Positions 26,400-38,689 of a DNA stretch of 64,000 bases are shown here, piece after piece. Source of the DNA: Leucoraja ocellata (lineage: Eukaryota); NCBI GenBank assembly GCA_036785375.1, contig JAWMAR010000182.1, forward strand, positions 620,001 to 684,000. The letters run 5' to 3'. The translations under genes and the position numbers were made by a program. The first letter of the stretch is position 1; each line of letters opens with the position of its first letter. The notes beneath the pieces were generated by a model. The model made no database searches, was not told the origin of the DNA, and saw nothing but the letters and a program-made list of their open reading frames with translations.

Positions 26400-27330
26400 A
26401 GATATTTATGGCTGCCAAGGAGAACAGGGAGGCTGCAAGAAAAGGAGAACCAATGCACATTCACTCAAGGTGATATGCAAGTCCATGAGATGTATGCCAG
26501 GGGAAGGTCCAAGGAATGTCAACAGGACCAGGAGATCTGCCAAGGTCACCTGGCAGGCTCTGATTCTTGCAATCTTCCCCAGCAGTGGGAATCATCACAA
26601 TGGAAAATCATGTCCTCACAAGATATATGTTCTCCACACATTCTTTACACTTGCAGTGTGGAAAGCATCTTACTGGTCCCAGTTCTTTACGCAAGGTGCC
26701 AATCATAAAGCAGCACAAAGATGCAGCAATTTAAGTCACGGAACAGGGACTCAAGTGTAACATTCAAAATAAGTGCAGAAGTTAGTGCCATTTGGACTCA
26801 CCACCTGGTTATCGATATACTATTTTGGTGGCAATAACTGGCTTGCATTGGGTTGTATGATTTTGTAAGCTCTTTCGGAGAACCTTCCCATTTTTACTCC
26901 TTTGTTGCTTGTGCTGGTAATCTTTCCTTCGATTTGGCTGAGAGATGAAATTGTGGATACTTTCCAGAGCCAGCAGCCGAGTAGTCTTTTTCCTTTGGTC
27001 TTCTTGCTCCTATGGGCCAGTTCCAGTGCTCCTTGCTGCTCTTCCTCTGGCACTGTCTTCTGTCCATAATGTTCAAGACTGAGTGGCATGATGCACACAC
27101 CAATGAAGTCTCTGTAGTTGTCCTCAAAGTACTGCAGGGCGTTCCCAGAACGATGTAGACACCACAATCCTATCTCAAGGAGATCAAGTGGACTATATCG
27201 TACATATGAGTCTCATCGTATCTGGACTCAACTGTTGTAGTTGAAAAACATGCAGGTGTGGATAGTACCCGATGTAGAAGATAGTCTTGTACCCAAGGTC
27301 CATGCTGCCCATAGTGCTGGGTGCTGAACA
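26400..27330 (-). pseudogene. Decayed coding-like segment of unknown origin (possible transposase remnant or processed pseudogene)
   Basis: Higher GC than flanks; overlapping long frames (26820-27167: ...ALQYFEDNYRDF...). No confident family match. Confidence 0.25.
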
Positions 27331-27829
27331 TCTTTAGTTTTGTTTATTTTAGCTTAGAGATACAGCGAGGAAAGAGGCCCACTGACTATTGATCACCCTG
27401 TACATTAGCACTGTCCTACATACCAGGGAGTTTACAATTCATCGAGGTGTACGGTGTCCAAACTGTCTTCCACCAGTTTTGAAATTGCCGAGTCAGGCTT
27501 TGGGATGTCAGCCAAATAGCAATAAAACATTTCAACGTATTATTTCTGGTCGATTCAGATGTTGCAATATGATTGCAGAGTCAAACTTTGTATTCCAAAT
27601 CACATCGACAAGACGTGTGATATCATCAGTGAGCGTCTGATACTAGTAGTCAGGAGCACGGACCGAACAGCATATATAAGTACGTCCCAGTTTCACGATT
27701 GGCCTGATTTCATCTAGAAATGAATGGCCAGAGCAGTGTAATCTGCTCTGGGCAAAATTAAATCTTGCATGATTGGTGTCTATGGAAAGTACAAGTTTGA
27801 ATAATCAATAGCTAGTAGTTGATAGTTTA

Positions 27830-27965
27830 CGTTATTTTTACCAGTACCAAGGTGCAGTGAAAAGCTTTTTTGTTGTGTGTTATCCAGTCAGCAAACAGAC
27901 CATAAATACAATCAACCTGTCCATAGTGTACAGATACAGTACAAAGGGAATAATGTTTAGTGTAT
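27830..27965 (-). mobile_element. Rex/L2-type LINE 3' tail
   Basis: GTACCAAGGTGCAGTGAAAAGCTTTTTTGTTGTGTGTTATCCAGTCAGC; a related plus-strand copy lies at ~36485-36602. Confidence 0.6.
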
Positions 27966-28502
27966 GATAGAGTCCCATATAGTAAATCCATATTCATCCC
28001 AGATACACATAAAGGAAGAAAATAATTTTCAGTTCTCTCTTCCAACAAATGATTTTTTGTTCCATGAAATGAAGAGGAACTTAGCTTTTGAAATACTTTC
28101 TGGGTGGCTCATAGATCCCTAATAGGTCAATTCAAGGTTGCTGTTCTTGTTAAACTGTGTTTTGCCTTTCCAGAAGTCTCATTAAATTAATTTCTTAAGT
28201 TACACTGATATAAAGAATGATTCATGATTTTTAAAAGGAAGTAATTAAGTGAGCTTTTTCAAATGTGAAGGAGTAGCTTGAATAAAAATTAATCTTTAAA
28301 TTTAAGCAAATAAATTATTTTTTGCCTCTGAATCTATTTTGGGTTTATTTTACATTCCATACCTGCATCACAGTTTTCCCTTACATGTTCCTTTTGCTAA
28401 ATTTTATGTTCCCCGCTCAATGATCTTGGCCTGAATTCTGCCAGGAATTACCAGCTTGACTACAAGGAACTAATGGCACTGCTTAACATGATGTCAGTAA
28501 GC

Positions 28503-28509
28503 TTGCTGC

Positions 28510-28542
<33 letters not shown>
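28503..28542. repeat. (GCT)n microsatellite
   Basis: About 10 consecutive GCT units. Confidence 0.95.
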
Positions 28543-28543
<1 letters not shown>

Positions 28544-29344
28544 GCACCTCATGAACGCCACCAGCTACGAAACAGCTTGTTTAGATACCTCAACATTTAC
28601 ACTGGTGAATCTGCCAGGTCGGACCTGGTATATGAGCAGAGCACCACTCAATTGCTTGTATGGTGATTACCAGCATTGTTAAGAAGAAGCCAAGGTTATA
28701 GTGCTACATTTTTTAAATTATTTGTTTTGTTTCATAATGTTAATTATTTGAAAGTCTTACATTTTTTAATTTTTGTCCTTCATTAGAAAAATAATCACTT
28801 TAAAATATTTTAATTATTTAATTCAAGTAGACGTTAGAAGCTAACTTCAAAGCCCCTGAGAAACTTTGACAGGTGGGTGTGACTTTGCCAGCTGATAGGC
28901 TTCCAAAGGAGAAATGCAACAGAGCTTTTTCTGGCCCACCCATATTTTCCCTCTATTTTATTTAAGTCTCTGCCAGTGCTCAGGGCATTGCAACTCTGCA
29001 CACCTGCAGGGATTTGGGTTTCTGCATCTGTACAAGTTCATGAGAATGGGGAATGTAAGTGGCTGCCCTAAGCAGCAGTTCCCACCAAGGACCATCTGGC
29101 CTTTTATGGATTATGTTTAGTTGCTACTTAATATAAATAAATCAAATCTGAAAAAATGTACTTGCATTTTTTTTAACCAAAATTCAGTATAAAGTTTGTG
29201 AAAAGCATCCATATAATATAATGCAACACAAATATTTTGGAATTGGGGATCGGGAACTGGCAACAACTATGTGGAAGACAACCACATTGAAAATGACAAT
29301 AGGAAAAACATGGCATGCTGAGATACTGTAAATATCAAATATTA

Positions 29345-29690
29345 GAGGGCACAGCTATATAGTGAGATAGGGTAAAGTTTAAAGAAGATATGCGGAGCAG
29401 GAATTTTTACCCAGAGGGAGCTGGGTACCTGGGATGCACTGCTGGGTGTGGTGGCGGAGGCAGATACGATAGTATTCCACATCGTATCTGCTTGGTATCT
29501 CCAAGAGACTGGTGGATAGGTACATGAATGTGCAGGAAGTGGAGGGATATGAATTATATGCATGGATATAAGAGTTGGTCTTGACTTCATATTTCGGCAC
29601 GGACTTGTGGGCTGAGTTACTGCCGCATTTTGTGACTATCTTGTGGGCTGAAGAGTCTATGTCTATGCAGCACTGTTCTGTGTGAGATGG
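29345..29690 (+). mobile_element. CR1 LINE 3' end
   Basis: AGAGGGCACAGCTATATAGTGAGA...TTTTTACCCAGAGGG...GTGGCGGAGGCAGATACGATAGT...GGATAGGTACATGAAT...GGCACGGAC. Confidence 0.8.
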
Positions 29691-31662
29691 ATAATGTATA
29701 CATGACAAAAACATATACAAAGAGAAGACAAGTTTGCAAACACATGCAAGTTTGACATATTAATCGGATAGATGGGGTCATTCATTATCTATATAACATT
29801 TTTAATAAATCCTTATTGCAGGAAAAAAGTTTTAGTTTCATTTGAATTATTTTATAGAATCAGGTACAGGCTAAACTTCAGTTGAATATTGATTTCATGT
29901 CAGACATATCGCCTGATGTGACAAACCATCAACTCTTCTAATTGTGCAGATCACTCCGCAGGAAAGATCAAATACAGGTTTTACTAGTGCTGAAGTAAAA
30001 CAGTATATTGTGCCTACTAGCAGTACTTATGTTTGTTTAAAAATAAAAGAGAACTAAGCAAATGTTTCAATCATATAAAAAGAAAAACATGACATATTTG
30101 TCCATTTTATCTTCAAATTAACTGCAATGGTAGAATGGAAATGCATACTAATTTGTCTTTGGAGATATCCACAAATATTCACACTCTCACAGTTTTGAAA
30201 ACTGGCAAGCCCATGTACATTTACATGGGATGGTCTAGTCAAAGCTTGCGTTATGAACCAATTTAATCACTAGAAGATCTTCTCTGGATAAGCACAAACC
30301 TACAAGTCGAGAGAATGGCAAGTGCGGACCCTGGAAATTCTGGACCATTGCTATAATCCAATTCAAAATATCAGTGCATATCATATCATGCTGTAAACAT
30401 ATAATTATATATTCAACAAATCCTGTCTGCGCCACAGAATAGTTCCAGCATTTTCTGTTCTTATTTCAGATATTCAATACCTCCAATTCATTTTTTTACA
30501 AATTGACAAGGCACTAGCTTAGGCCCATCAATTACATTAGAATAACTTTACTGTATACTCTTGTTGTTGTCATTGGCACCAATTATTTTCATTTATTTTA
30601 AACAGTTATAGATCCCAAAAGAGTAGATGGTCATTTTTCTTTTCAAAAACACATTGTTAACAGTTGAATATTCCTGTCAAAATAACAGCATGGGTAATGG
30701 CACCAGCTACTCTATTTGCAAATGCTACAACTTCAGGCAAGGAACAGATGTGTAGTTAAACAAAAAGAAAACAAAGCTGCTATTTAAGTTCTGTTGCTGC
30801 ACCATTAGTTTTGTGTAAAAGGAATCTTGCTGTTTGGCTTATTCCTGAAGGAATTAAGTTCCTCGAAAGGCACAATAGATATAAAATAAGTTCACCGTAG
30901 ATAGTCAAGTTTGGTCCATTGCAGGCTCAGAACCCTTAATAACAAGCAGTAACAAGCTATAGTTATTTTTTGTTTTGGTGCTGAAAATGTATTTGTATGA
31001 AAAGGCAAATTTATGCTCAATACAATTTAAACATAATTCTTCCTGGTAAGCATTTTTTCCACGCTCTGTTAACTCTATATTCCCCTTACTTTTATTTTCT
31101 GTACCTGAATCGGCATTGAATTTGCACAAATAATTTGCACCTTTTTTGGTGTTGTGCTATTCATTTTCCAATTTTATAAATCTGACCGTACAGGAGATGC
31201 AGCCAGTAACACCTGCACTTTTAGCATCTGCCATCCAAGAATTTAAAAACCTTAACGTGCAAGAATAAATATAACTAATGACAGATGTGACTGAATGCCC
31301 AGCATTAGCAAGTTATGGCCCATTAGCAAAACATCAAAAATTACTATATTATACTTCTTCACCAGCTTTAGTAGCAAGTTAACTCTAAAACCTTCAAAGG
31401 CCAGTTTTCGTCATTTCTTTGGGAGTTATAAACAAAATAGTGAAGGCAGGCCAAATTCTACATCTCCATCCTTAAAAAAAGACAAATTGCTTAATGTTGC
31501 ATTTATAAATCTAGTCTTATGTACACGGTATAGCAAAAAGTCATTTTAATGTCGAAGAGTGAACATTTACTTCTAATTATATGCACTCTATGTAACTGCA
31601 GAATGATTTTGAAATAAAATATAGAATAAAACTATACCTACTTTCAAAAGGATAAATAGTGA

Positions 31663-31733
31663 TTAATCTTTTCCTTCCACATCATCCATAATTTCATCCA
31701 GGATTTCGACCCGTTTCTTCTTATTTGGTGAAT
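31663..31733 (-). CDS. Candidate last coding exon of an unidentified gene: [D]SPNKKKRVEILDEIMDDVEGKD*
   Basis: Acceptor CTTTCTGTGTGTTCATTCACAATAG|; purine-rich, codon-like phase-1 frame with an NLS-like KKKR and acidic tail; stop at 31665-31663; donor GTAGGT (31641) or GTATAG (31637) about 20-25 nt after the stop. Confidence 0.45.
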
Positions 31734-33189
31734 CTATTGTGAATGAACACACAGAAAGAATAAAGAGAATTTAATAGAAGATATGAATTTGAAGACAATC
31801 AATATGCAATAATTAAATTTGATTAGCCCCCACACCCCCATTTCTTGAATCTCATTTGCTCAGCAGTAATAAATAGGCCATCCATACAATAGGCTGGGAA
31901 ATTGGATTTGGGGAGTAGTAATAGTGGGATGCCTAGAAATAGAACAGTAAGCAGCAAAGCATGAACTGTCTATCATTTACATCATTAACACCAACAATAG
32001 ACTGGCATGCTCCTGCAGATGAGCGACTGATTAAACCAATGGCTATTAATGCTAGGGCACAATGATAGATTTAAATTTTAAGGTGAAGGAAAGAAATGAA
32101 AATTAAATACATACAACTAGGTTTCTCATTGTTCAAGGGCAGCTTCAGTATGCGGGTCATTTTTGAGAAATTCTTAAGATAAAGGTATTAATTGGTTATG
32201 ATGCTCCTATTTTTAAATTGTAAAATTATGCAGGCACTTTTGTAATTAATTACATACAACCATCACAACATCTTATTTGGAATAATATTGTGAAGAATCT
32301 TAAAAAGATTCAGATCATTTATAAATGGCATTTAGTTTCCCCATTTGTTACACTTCCAATTAGTAAACACAAATTATGAATAAATTAATTTTCCTTGTGA
32401 TAACTGAATTTCTAAAATAAGTAAATAAGCCACTACGTTAAAAGGTAAAATAATGCACACATATTGCTGTATATATGCACATACGCAACACTGCACATAT
32501 TGCTGTATGTTGATAATATGATGCACAAATCATGTCCAACTTTTTTTTTAACCCAATAAATCATTAAGTTTTTATTAAATGAGACACAAAGTCAATGCTA
32601 ACTAAAATGCAAGAACTGTATAGACATATTATTCTTAATCTTATGTTTCCATTTATGGCTTGTATTCTCACCTAATTCATTTGATGCAATGGATGCTGCA
32701 AAGCAAAAGGCTTCAGTTTTTAATACAAACCTTCCAGTTCCAGCATTCAAAACCAACTAGCAATACTATTCTTGCAAGCAGTCAGTAATTATGTGTGTGT
32801 GAACAAGATAAAAGCAATTTCCAGCATGTACTGCTGCTATAGGAACCTTTTCTCAGAGGTGAGGCAGACAGTAGAGCTTGAGAAAGATTTAATCAGAATT
32901 TGCTACTTTTTTTTGATACAGAATAAAAAGTTTACTTATAGAAACATGCAGGGTTTTGAAGTACAGGTAGGTTTTATTTTAGAGAAAGGATGATCAGATG
33001 TGATTTCCATTTAAAAAGAGGTGTTCTTAATTTATTCAGTTAACAATAATTGGGAATTTCGTAAAGATATATCATTTGGATTAACAATGTGTTCCTATCT
33101 TTAAAAGTCAAATTCTTAAAAGACTTAACAGTCATTGCATGTCACATGCTGGGAATTGTTTTTATCATGTTCATGCACAAATAATTACT

Positions 33190-34140
33190 AATGGCTTAGT
33201 GGCCAATTTTGCGGATGATACGAAGATATGTGGAGGGCCAGGTAGTGTTGAGGAAGTAGGGAGGCTGCAGAAGGAGTTGGACAGGTTGAGAGAGTGGGTA
33301 AAGAGGTGGCAGATGGAATATAGTGTTGCAAAGTGTGTACTTTAGTACTAGGAATATAGGCATAGACTACTTTCTAAATACAGAGAGAATTCAGAAATTG
33401 GAGGTGCAAAGGGACTTGGGAGTGCTTGTGCAGGATTCCCAACAGGTTAATTTATAGGTTGAGTCAGCGATAAGGAAAGCAAATGCAATGCTAGCATTCA
33501 GTTCGAGGAGATTAAAATATAAAGGCAAGAATGTAATGCTGAGACTTTTATCAGGCGCTGGTGATGCCACATTTGGAATATTGTGGGCAATTTTGGCCCC
33601 CATATCCGAGGAAGGATGTGCTGGCTTTGGAGGGGGTTCAAAAGGGGCTTACAAGAATGATCTAGTAGATGATTGTGTTAACATTGAGGAACATTTGATG
33701 ACTTTGGGTCTCTACTCGTGGAATTTAGAAGGATGTGGAGGGCATCTCATTGAAATCTACCCGATAATGAAAGGCTTGATGGATTTTCAGAGAGTGATAT
33801 AGCTTGTATGGGGAAAAGATGTTTCCAGTGATGGGAGAATCTACAACCAGAACACACTTCCTCAGAATAAAAGAATGGACAAAAGGAGGAATTTATTTAA
33901 CCAGATGGTGGTGAATCTGTGGAATTCGTCAGCACAGACAGCTGTAGAGGCCAAGATATTGGGTAATTTAAAGCAGAGATGGATAGATTCTTGATTAGTA
34001 AGAATGTCAGTTTAGGGGGGAAGATAGGGACATTGGATTGAGAGGGAAATGCAGATCAGCCATAATTGAATGGCAGAGCAGAGTTGACGGGCTGAAAAGT
34101 CTAATTCTGTTCCGATGCCATATGGTAATGAATCTTATGG
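33190..34140 (+). mobile_element. CR1 LINE, 5'-truncated (RT FADD motif to 3' tail)
   Basis: VANFADDTKICGG...RLQKELDRLREWVKRWQMEYSVAKC; QRDLGVLV; KANAMLAF; typical 3' UTR. Confidence 0.9.
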
Positions 34141-34737
34141 TGTGCCATCTTTGATGAAAATGTAATGTTTCAGTGATTACAACGGATTTTGAAAGCAATG
34201 CAATTTAACTCAATGGTATGAATGAAGATGTAGTAAACAATTTTAAAGATAGCAAAGGTAAGTATAAAAAAAGGATGAAAATTAGGAAAGAACATATGGA
34301 GCAAAATGGATAGCAAATGTTAATGAAAATTCAACAGTTTGTACAATGTTTTGATACTCAAGACATCTATAAAATTGGACAAAGTAATCAAAAATAGATA
34401 TTTGTAATTAATTAAATGCCTTGTTCATCAAATTATTATTGAAACTATAACAGAGTGTTACTTAACTGTGTGTTATATGCTAGTTGGAGTCTAGTAATAT
34501 AATCTATTGTATAACTTACAATGTTATCACATTATCATTTTAATTTGTAGCTTCTAGCTACTCAGAATGAGTAAGAAAAGGGTGATGGAAAAGTTAACAA
34601 TGGATATTAACATGGGAAGTGGCAGTAACCATTTTAGCAGTTTTAAGTTGATTAATTTTATGCCCTTTCACATACAGGGGTTGTCAAAAAGTCAAATTTA
34701 TTTTGGGTAATATTGACTGTTAAGAATCATCGGATTT

Positions 34738-34835
34738 GTCAAGAGTCAAGTCAAGAGTGTTTTATTGTCATATGTCCCAGATAGGACAATGAAATTCTTA
34801 CTTGCTGCAGCGCTACAGAATATGTAAACACAGCA
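34738..34835 (-). mobile_element. Isolated LINE/SINE 3' tail
   Basis: Near-identical to 14910-14995. Confidence 0.75.
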
Positions 34836-34971
34836 CTACAATCAGCTATGATCTGCATTTATAGACACAAAAACTATTATCTAGAATGTAAAGACATTTC
34901 ATCTAATTTCGTAAAATGTTGGGCATTTAATTATTGAACCAGAAAGACGATCAGATTTTTGATAGGGGTTA

Positions 34972-35873
34972 TCTATATATAAATTACTAAAACTCTCATC
35001 TTGTTTGTTTCTATGTCTGTCTGTCTGTCCGGAGTGTGCTCCCGGAACTACGCCAAAACAGTACACAATAGCGCTACAATGTTTGGCCCATCTTACTCAC
35101 CATTGTCCTCTGGTGTGTTTTTATCAGGTTTCTTTTAGATTGATGGTATATTTTACATTATTCACATTTTAAACTTTACAAAATCCAGTTTGATAAAAAT
35201 CTTATCCTCATTGTGACGTATAACGTCACAATGGGACCTGATCAACATAAACTGCCTGTCAGCAGTGTTTCATTCCACAATGATATCACAATGGGATCTT
35301 ATTTACATTTTAAAAAAGGTCCTTTTAAAAAACACAGCAGAGTTTCATTCAGATTGATGTTATATTTTACACATTATTCACATTTTAAACTCTAAAAAAA
35401 TTAACTTTTCTTTAAAAAATCAAACTTTTCATTTTAAAACAGTTACCAAATCACAGAACACCCAGAGCAATGGAAGATTTGTTATATTGTTGTAAGGAGA
35501 GGGAGGGAGTGGGGGAGGAGAAATGTTATTTAAACATTGTGTTTAGTTGGGGAGTGGGATAGGGGAGAGATGAGGAGTGGGGGAGCAGGGAGATAGAGGG
35601 AGAGAAGGGGGTAGGAAGGGGAGAAGGGTTATGGAGGGAGGGAGTGACTGTGTAGGGGAAAGGAGAGGAAGGGAGAGGTGAGGGAGGGAGTGGGGGAGGG
35701 GAAAGAAGAGGGAGGGTGAAGAGGAGGGGGAGGGAGTGCTGGGGGAAGAGGGAAATGGGATATGGGTGAGTGATGGAATATTGCGTTGGGGGATTGGGTT
35801 GCATTGGGGGAACGGGTGAGTGGTGGAATATTGTGTTGGTGGAACGGGACCCAACGCGTCCCACTTGGTCTAG
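34972..35873 (+). mobile_element. Non-autonomous Helitron, both termini intact
   Basis: A|TCTATATATAAATTAC 5' end; subterminal hairpin GGGAC-CCAACGC-GTCCC (35846-35862); CTAG|T 3' end; inserted between A and T with no TSD. Confidence 0.85.
35495..35760 (+). repeat. Polypurine G-rich low-complexity tract inside the Helitron
   Basis: Many GGG/GGGG runs with short A/G spacers. Confidence 0.85.
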
Positions 35874-37195
35874 TCTAACTTAAAGCTTGAACGGTATTTG
35901 TTTAAACATCATAAATCAGACTATAGGGTTTTTGCATTATCACGTGTCTGATTCATATGGGTGTACATTCAACTGCCCTCGCATCACACTTGCTGGGGCC
36001 CTGGACAACACAATTTATTTTGCTGTAGTTCCAAGCACAGTCTTTTGCTGTGAGGTTGGCTACAAACACATTAGTACACTGCAGGGTTTCTCCTAGCACA
36101 CATTTAAAATCAGCTTTAAAAATATTACGATGATTAAAATTAAGAATTAATGAGATCTTTCCCATTCCTTTGAAAGAGTCAGCCATTTTTATTTAAAAAA
36201 CTCCTTTGAAAAGAACCTCTAAATGAACTTGATTTAAAAACTAGATTTGGCACCAATTTATCTTTTACAATGTCATAAGAGATCAACTAGCAAAGTAGGA
36301 AAAAACAGGTTTCACTTCCTGTCAACTTCTTAATAATAGATTATTTTGGGCACTCTCATTGTGGAAACTGCCTACTAAAATAGGAAAACAATGACATTTA
36401 AAATAAACAATCAACAGTCCTTTGTTATACAACTTCCTGAAGAGTGAAGAATATCAATCTTCTCTTCTACCCAAACTTTTGTCGTCAATCTATTGTACTT
36501 GAGTTTAATGTGATTGAATTTATGTATTCACATCTGATCTGTTTGGATAGAAAGCACAACAAAGTTTCTCACTGTACCTTGGTACACTTGACAGTAATAA
36601 ACCCAACCTCACATTATCCCCTATTGATTCACAATGCACAACACTGTAAAATTGTCTTCTCAATTCTTAATATCTCAAATCCGATTGGGCCAAAAATGGT
36701 ATCATTCACGTTCTTATCATTAGATAAAGAAACAAAATAAATAAACATAGCTAACAATGAATCATAGTAAAATATTTAACAGTAATGAGGGTCACAAATT
36801 GCAAGCTTGAAACAATTAAGCATAACAAATTAACCATAAAATTATCACTAACCCATCTCCAATACTCAGAAATGCAGTCTGATTGTTCAGACAATATTGA
36901 ATAGTGTCCTGCTGATGGTCTCAAGATCTGGAAATCTATGTTTCTCGACACCTATTTTTCTCTATTAGGACGTTCCTTAAGGTCTGCTGCTTGGTTTTCC
37001 ACCCTCATACCATAAATTGTTCACCATCAGTTTTGTGTCTTATAATACTGCAAAGCATTTTGTGATATTTTGATTATAGTAAGGGCATAATGTTACTGGA
37101 AGAAGCTATTGACATAGACATAGACATTGGTAGCACATGCTCTGACACGCCACTACATACATACAGGTATTTACAAACACCAATAGACATTGGCA

Positions 37196-37365
37196 GGTAG
37201 ACAAAAATGCTGGAGAAACTCAGTGGGTGAGGCAGCATCTATGTAGCGAAGGAAATAGGCGACGTTGCCTATTTCCTTCGCTCCATAGATGCTGCCTCAC
37301 CCGCTGAGTTTCTCCAGCATTTTTGTCTGCATTCGACTTTCCAGCATATGCAGTTCCTTCTTAAG
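37196..37365. mobile_element. Fold-back Penelope-type repeat with 15-bp TSD
   Basis: About 65-bp near-perfect inverted arms centred on GGCGACGTTGCC (~37263); flanked by CAATAGACATTGGCA at 37181-37195 and 37366-37380. Confidence 0.9.
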
Positions 37366-37729
37366 CAATAGACATTGGCATATTACATGGTAAAGTATTT
37401 CTGTCTTTCAGAAGTGCAAGCACAAATTAATTTAGCACATAACACATGTTAGGCATTAAAAAGGCATGGCTGCATGATAATAAGGACAGGGAACTAAATG
37501 TACCAGATTATAAGGTCAAGGTAAAGGAAAATGGTCAAGGGAGGTGTAGCCATGGTGATTAAGAGAGGCCCATTTCAATTAAGGCGACAAAATGAGGAGT
37601 AAATAGGAAGTGGAGACTCTGTGATTAGGACAGCCTAACATCCATGGCTGGGAAATTACCAGTCAATAATTAAGGACTGAACACTTTAAAATTTGGTGAG
37701 AGTCTGCATCGAATTGTTAATAGAAGGTC

Positions 37730-38500
37730 ACGATTAACACAACCGATTGATTTTTTTTGAAGAAGTGGCAATTGTCGACAGGGGAATGGATTCTGTTGTT
37801 TCATATAGAATACCAGAAGACATTTGAAAGAGTCCATCATAAGACTGATAGCCAACGTTAAAGTGTAATGAAAACAAAACTTTGACTAGGTGAAGAAACA
37901 TCATGGAAATCAGAGGGGAAAAAAAAAATTGGAAACGCAATTCAACATATTTGATACGTTCACTTTTTAATTATAAATTATATTCCGAGCATTGGGCCAA
38001 CAGTACTGCATTTATAAACACCAAATGTTTATGGACCAGAAAACCAAATATCTTAGTTTGCTAATGACACAAGGATTAGCAGGATTGCAAGCTCTGCAGA
38101 TGGAAGAATGAAAAGAGCAAAGTGCTATTAATAAATAAAGCAATCAAGCAAAATTATGGTAAATGTATATCAATAAAAGCCAAGGTAAAAATCAACCTTT
38201 TTGAAGCTAAAATGATAAAATGCACTATTTTCTAAATTGTGAAATAATTAGACAGTCGAGTCTACAGACACTGTATCTGACCACGTGGGTCATCAAATAT
38301 TAGGGATAATGCAAAAATCAAACAATCCACATAGTTGTCTTTATACAAGTCGTGGAAGACAGATTATGCAAGGATAGAAGCTACGCTGCAACAATGAAGA
38401 GTCTTAGCTGATGGAGGAAGCAAACTAAGCATCAAATTTCATAAAGTATTATTTTCCTTATACTTGGGACACAAATGTCGTTGGAAGTAAAGGATTTAAT
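37730..38500 (+). mobile_element. Very old CR1 remnant
   Basis: Decayed TNLIDFFEEV...VDRGM-like segment and KFANDTR (TTTGCTAATGACACAAGG ~38057). Confidence 0.45.
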
Positions 38501-38689
38501 GGCAATTACTGGTTACTTTTGAGAAACGTATAATAACCCACCTTCCCGGACAACTGCAACATTTAGTGGAAGGTTTCCTATGGTCCTAGATTCTGAGCCA
38601 TTTAAATAACAGTAATCAACAGTAATAGTATAACAATTGGAGGAGAAGTGAAAGTTCAAACGTGCTTGATGCCCTTTTTCATCTAGTTA

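Noticed and set aside
28473-28682. ORF with signal-peptide-like poly-Ala start
   Set aside because: Explained by the (GCT)n microsatellite; no supporting splice or homology evidence.
35526-35864. Pro/Ser-rich ORFs
   Set aside because: Antisense of the G-rich tract in the Helitron.
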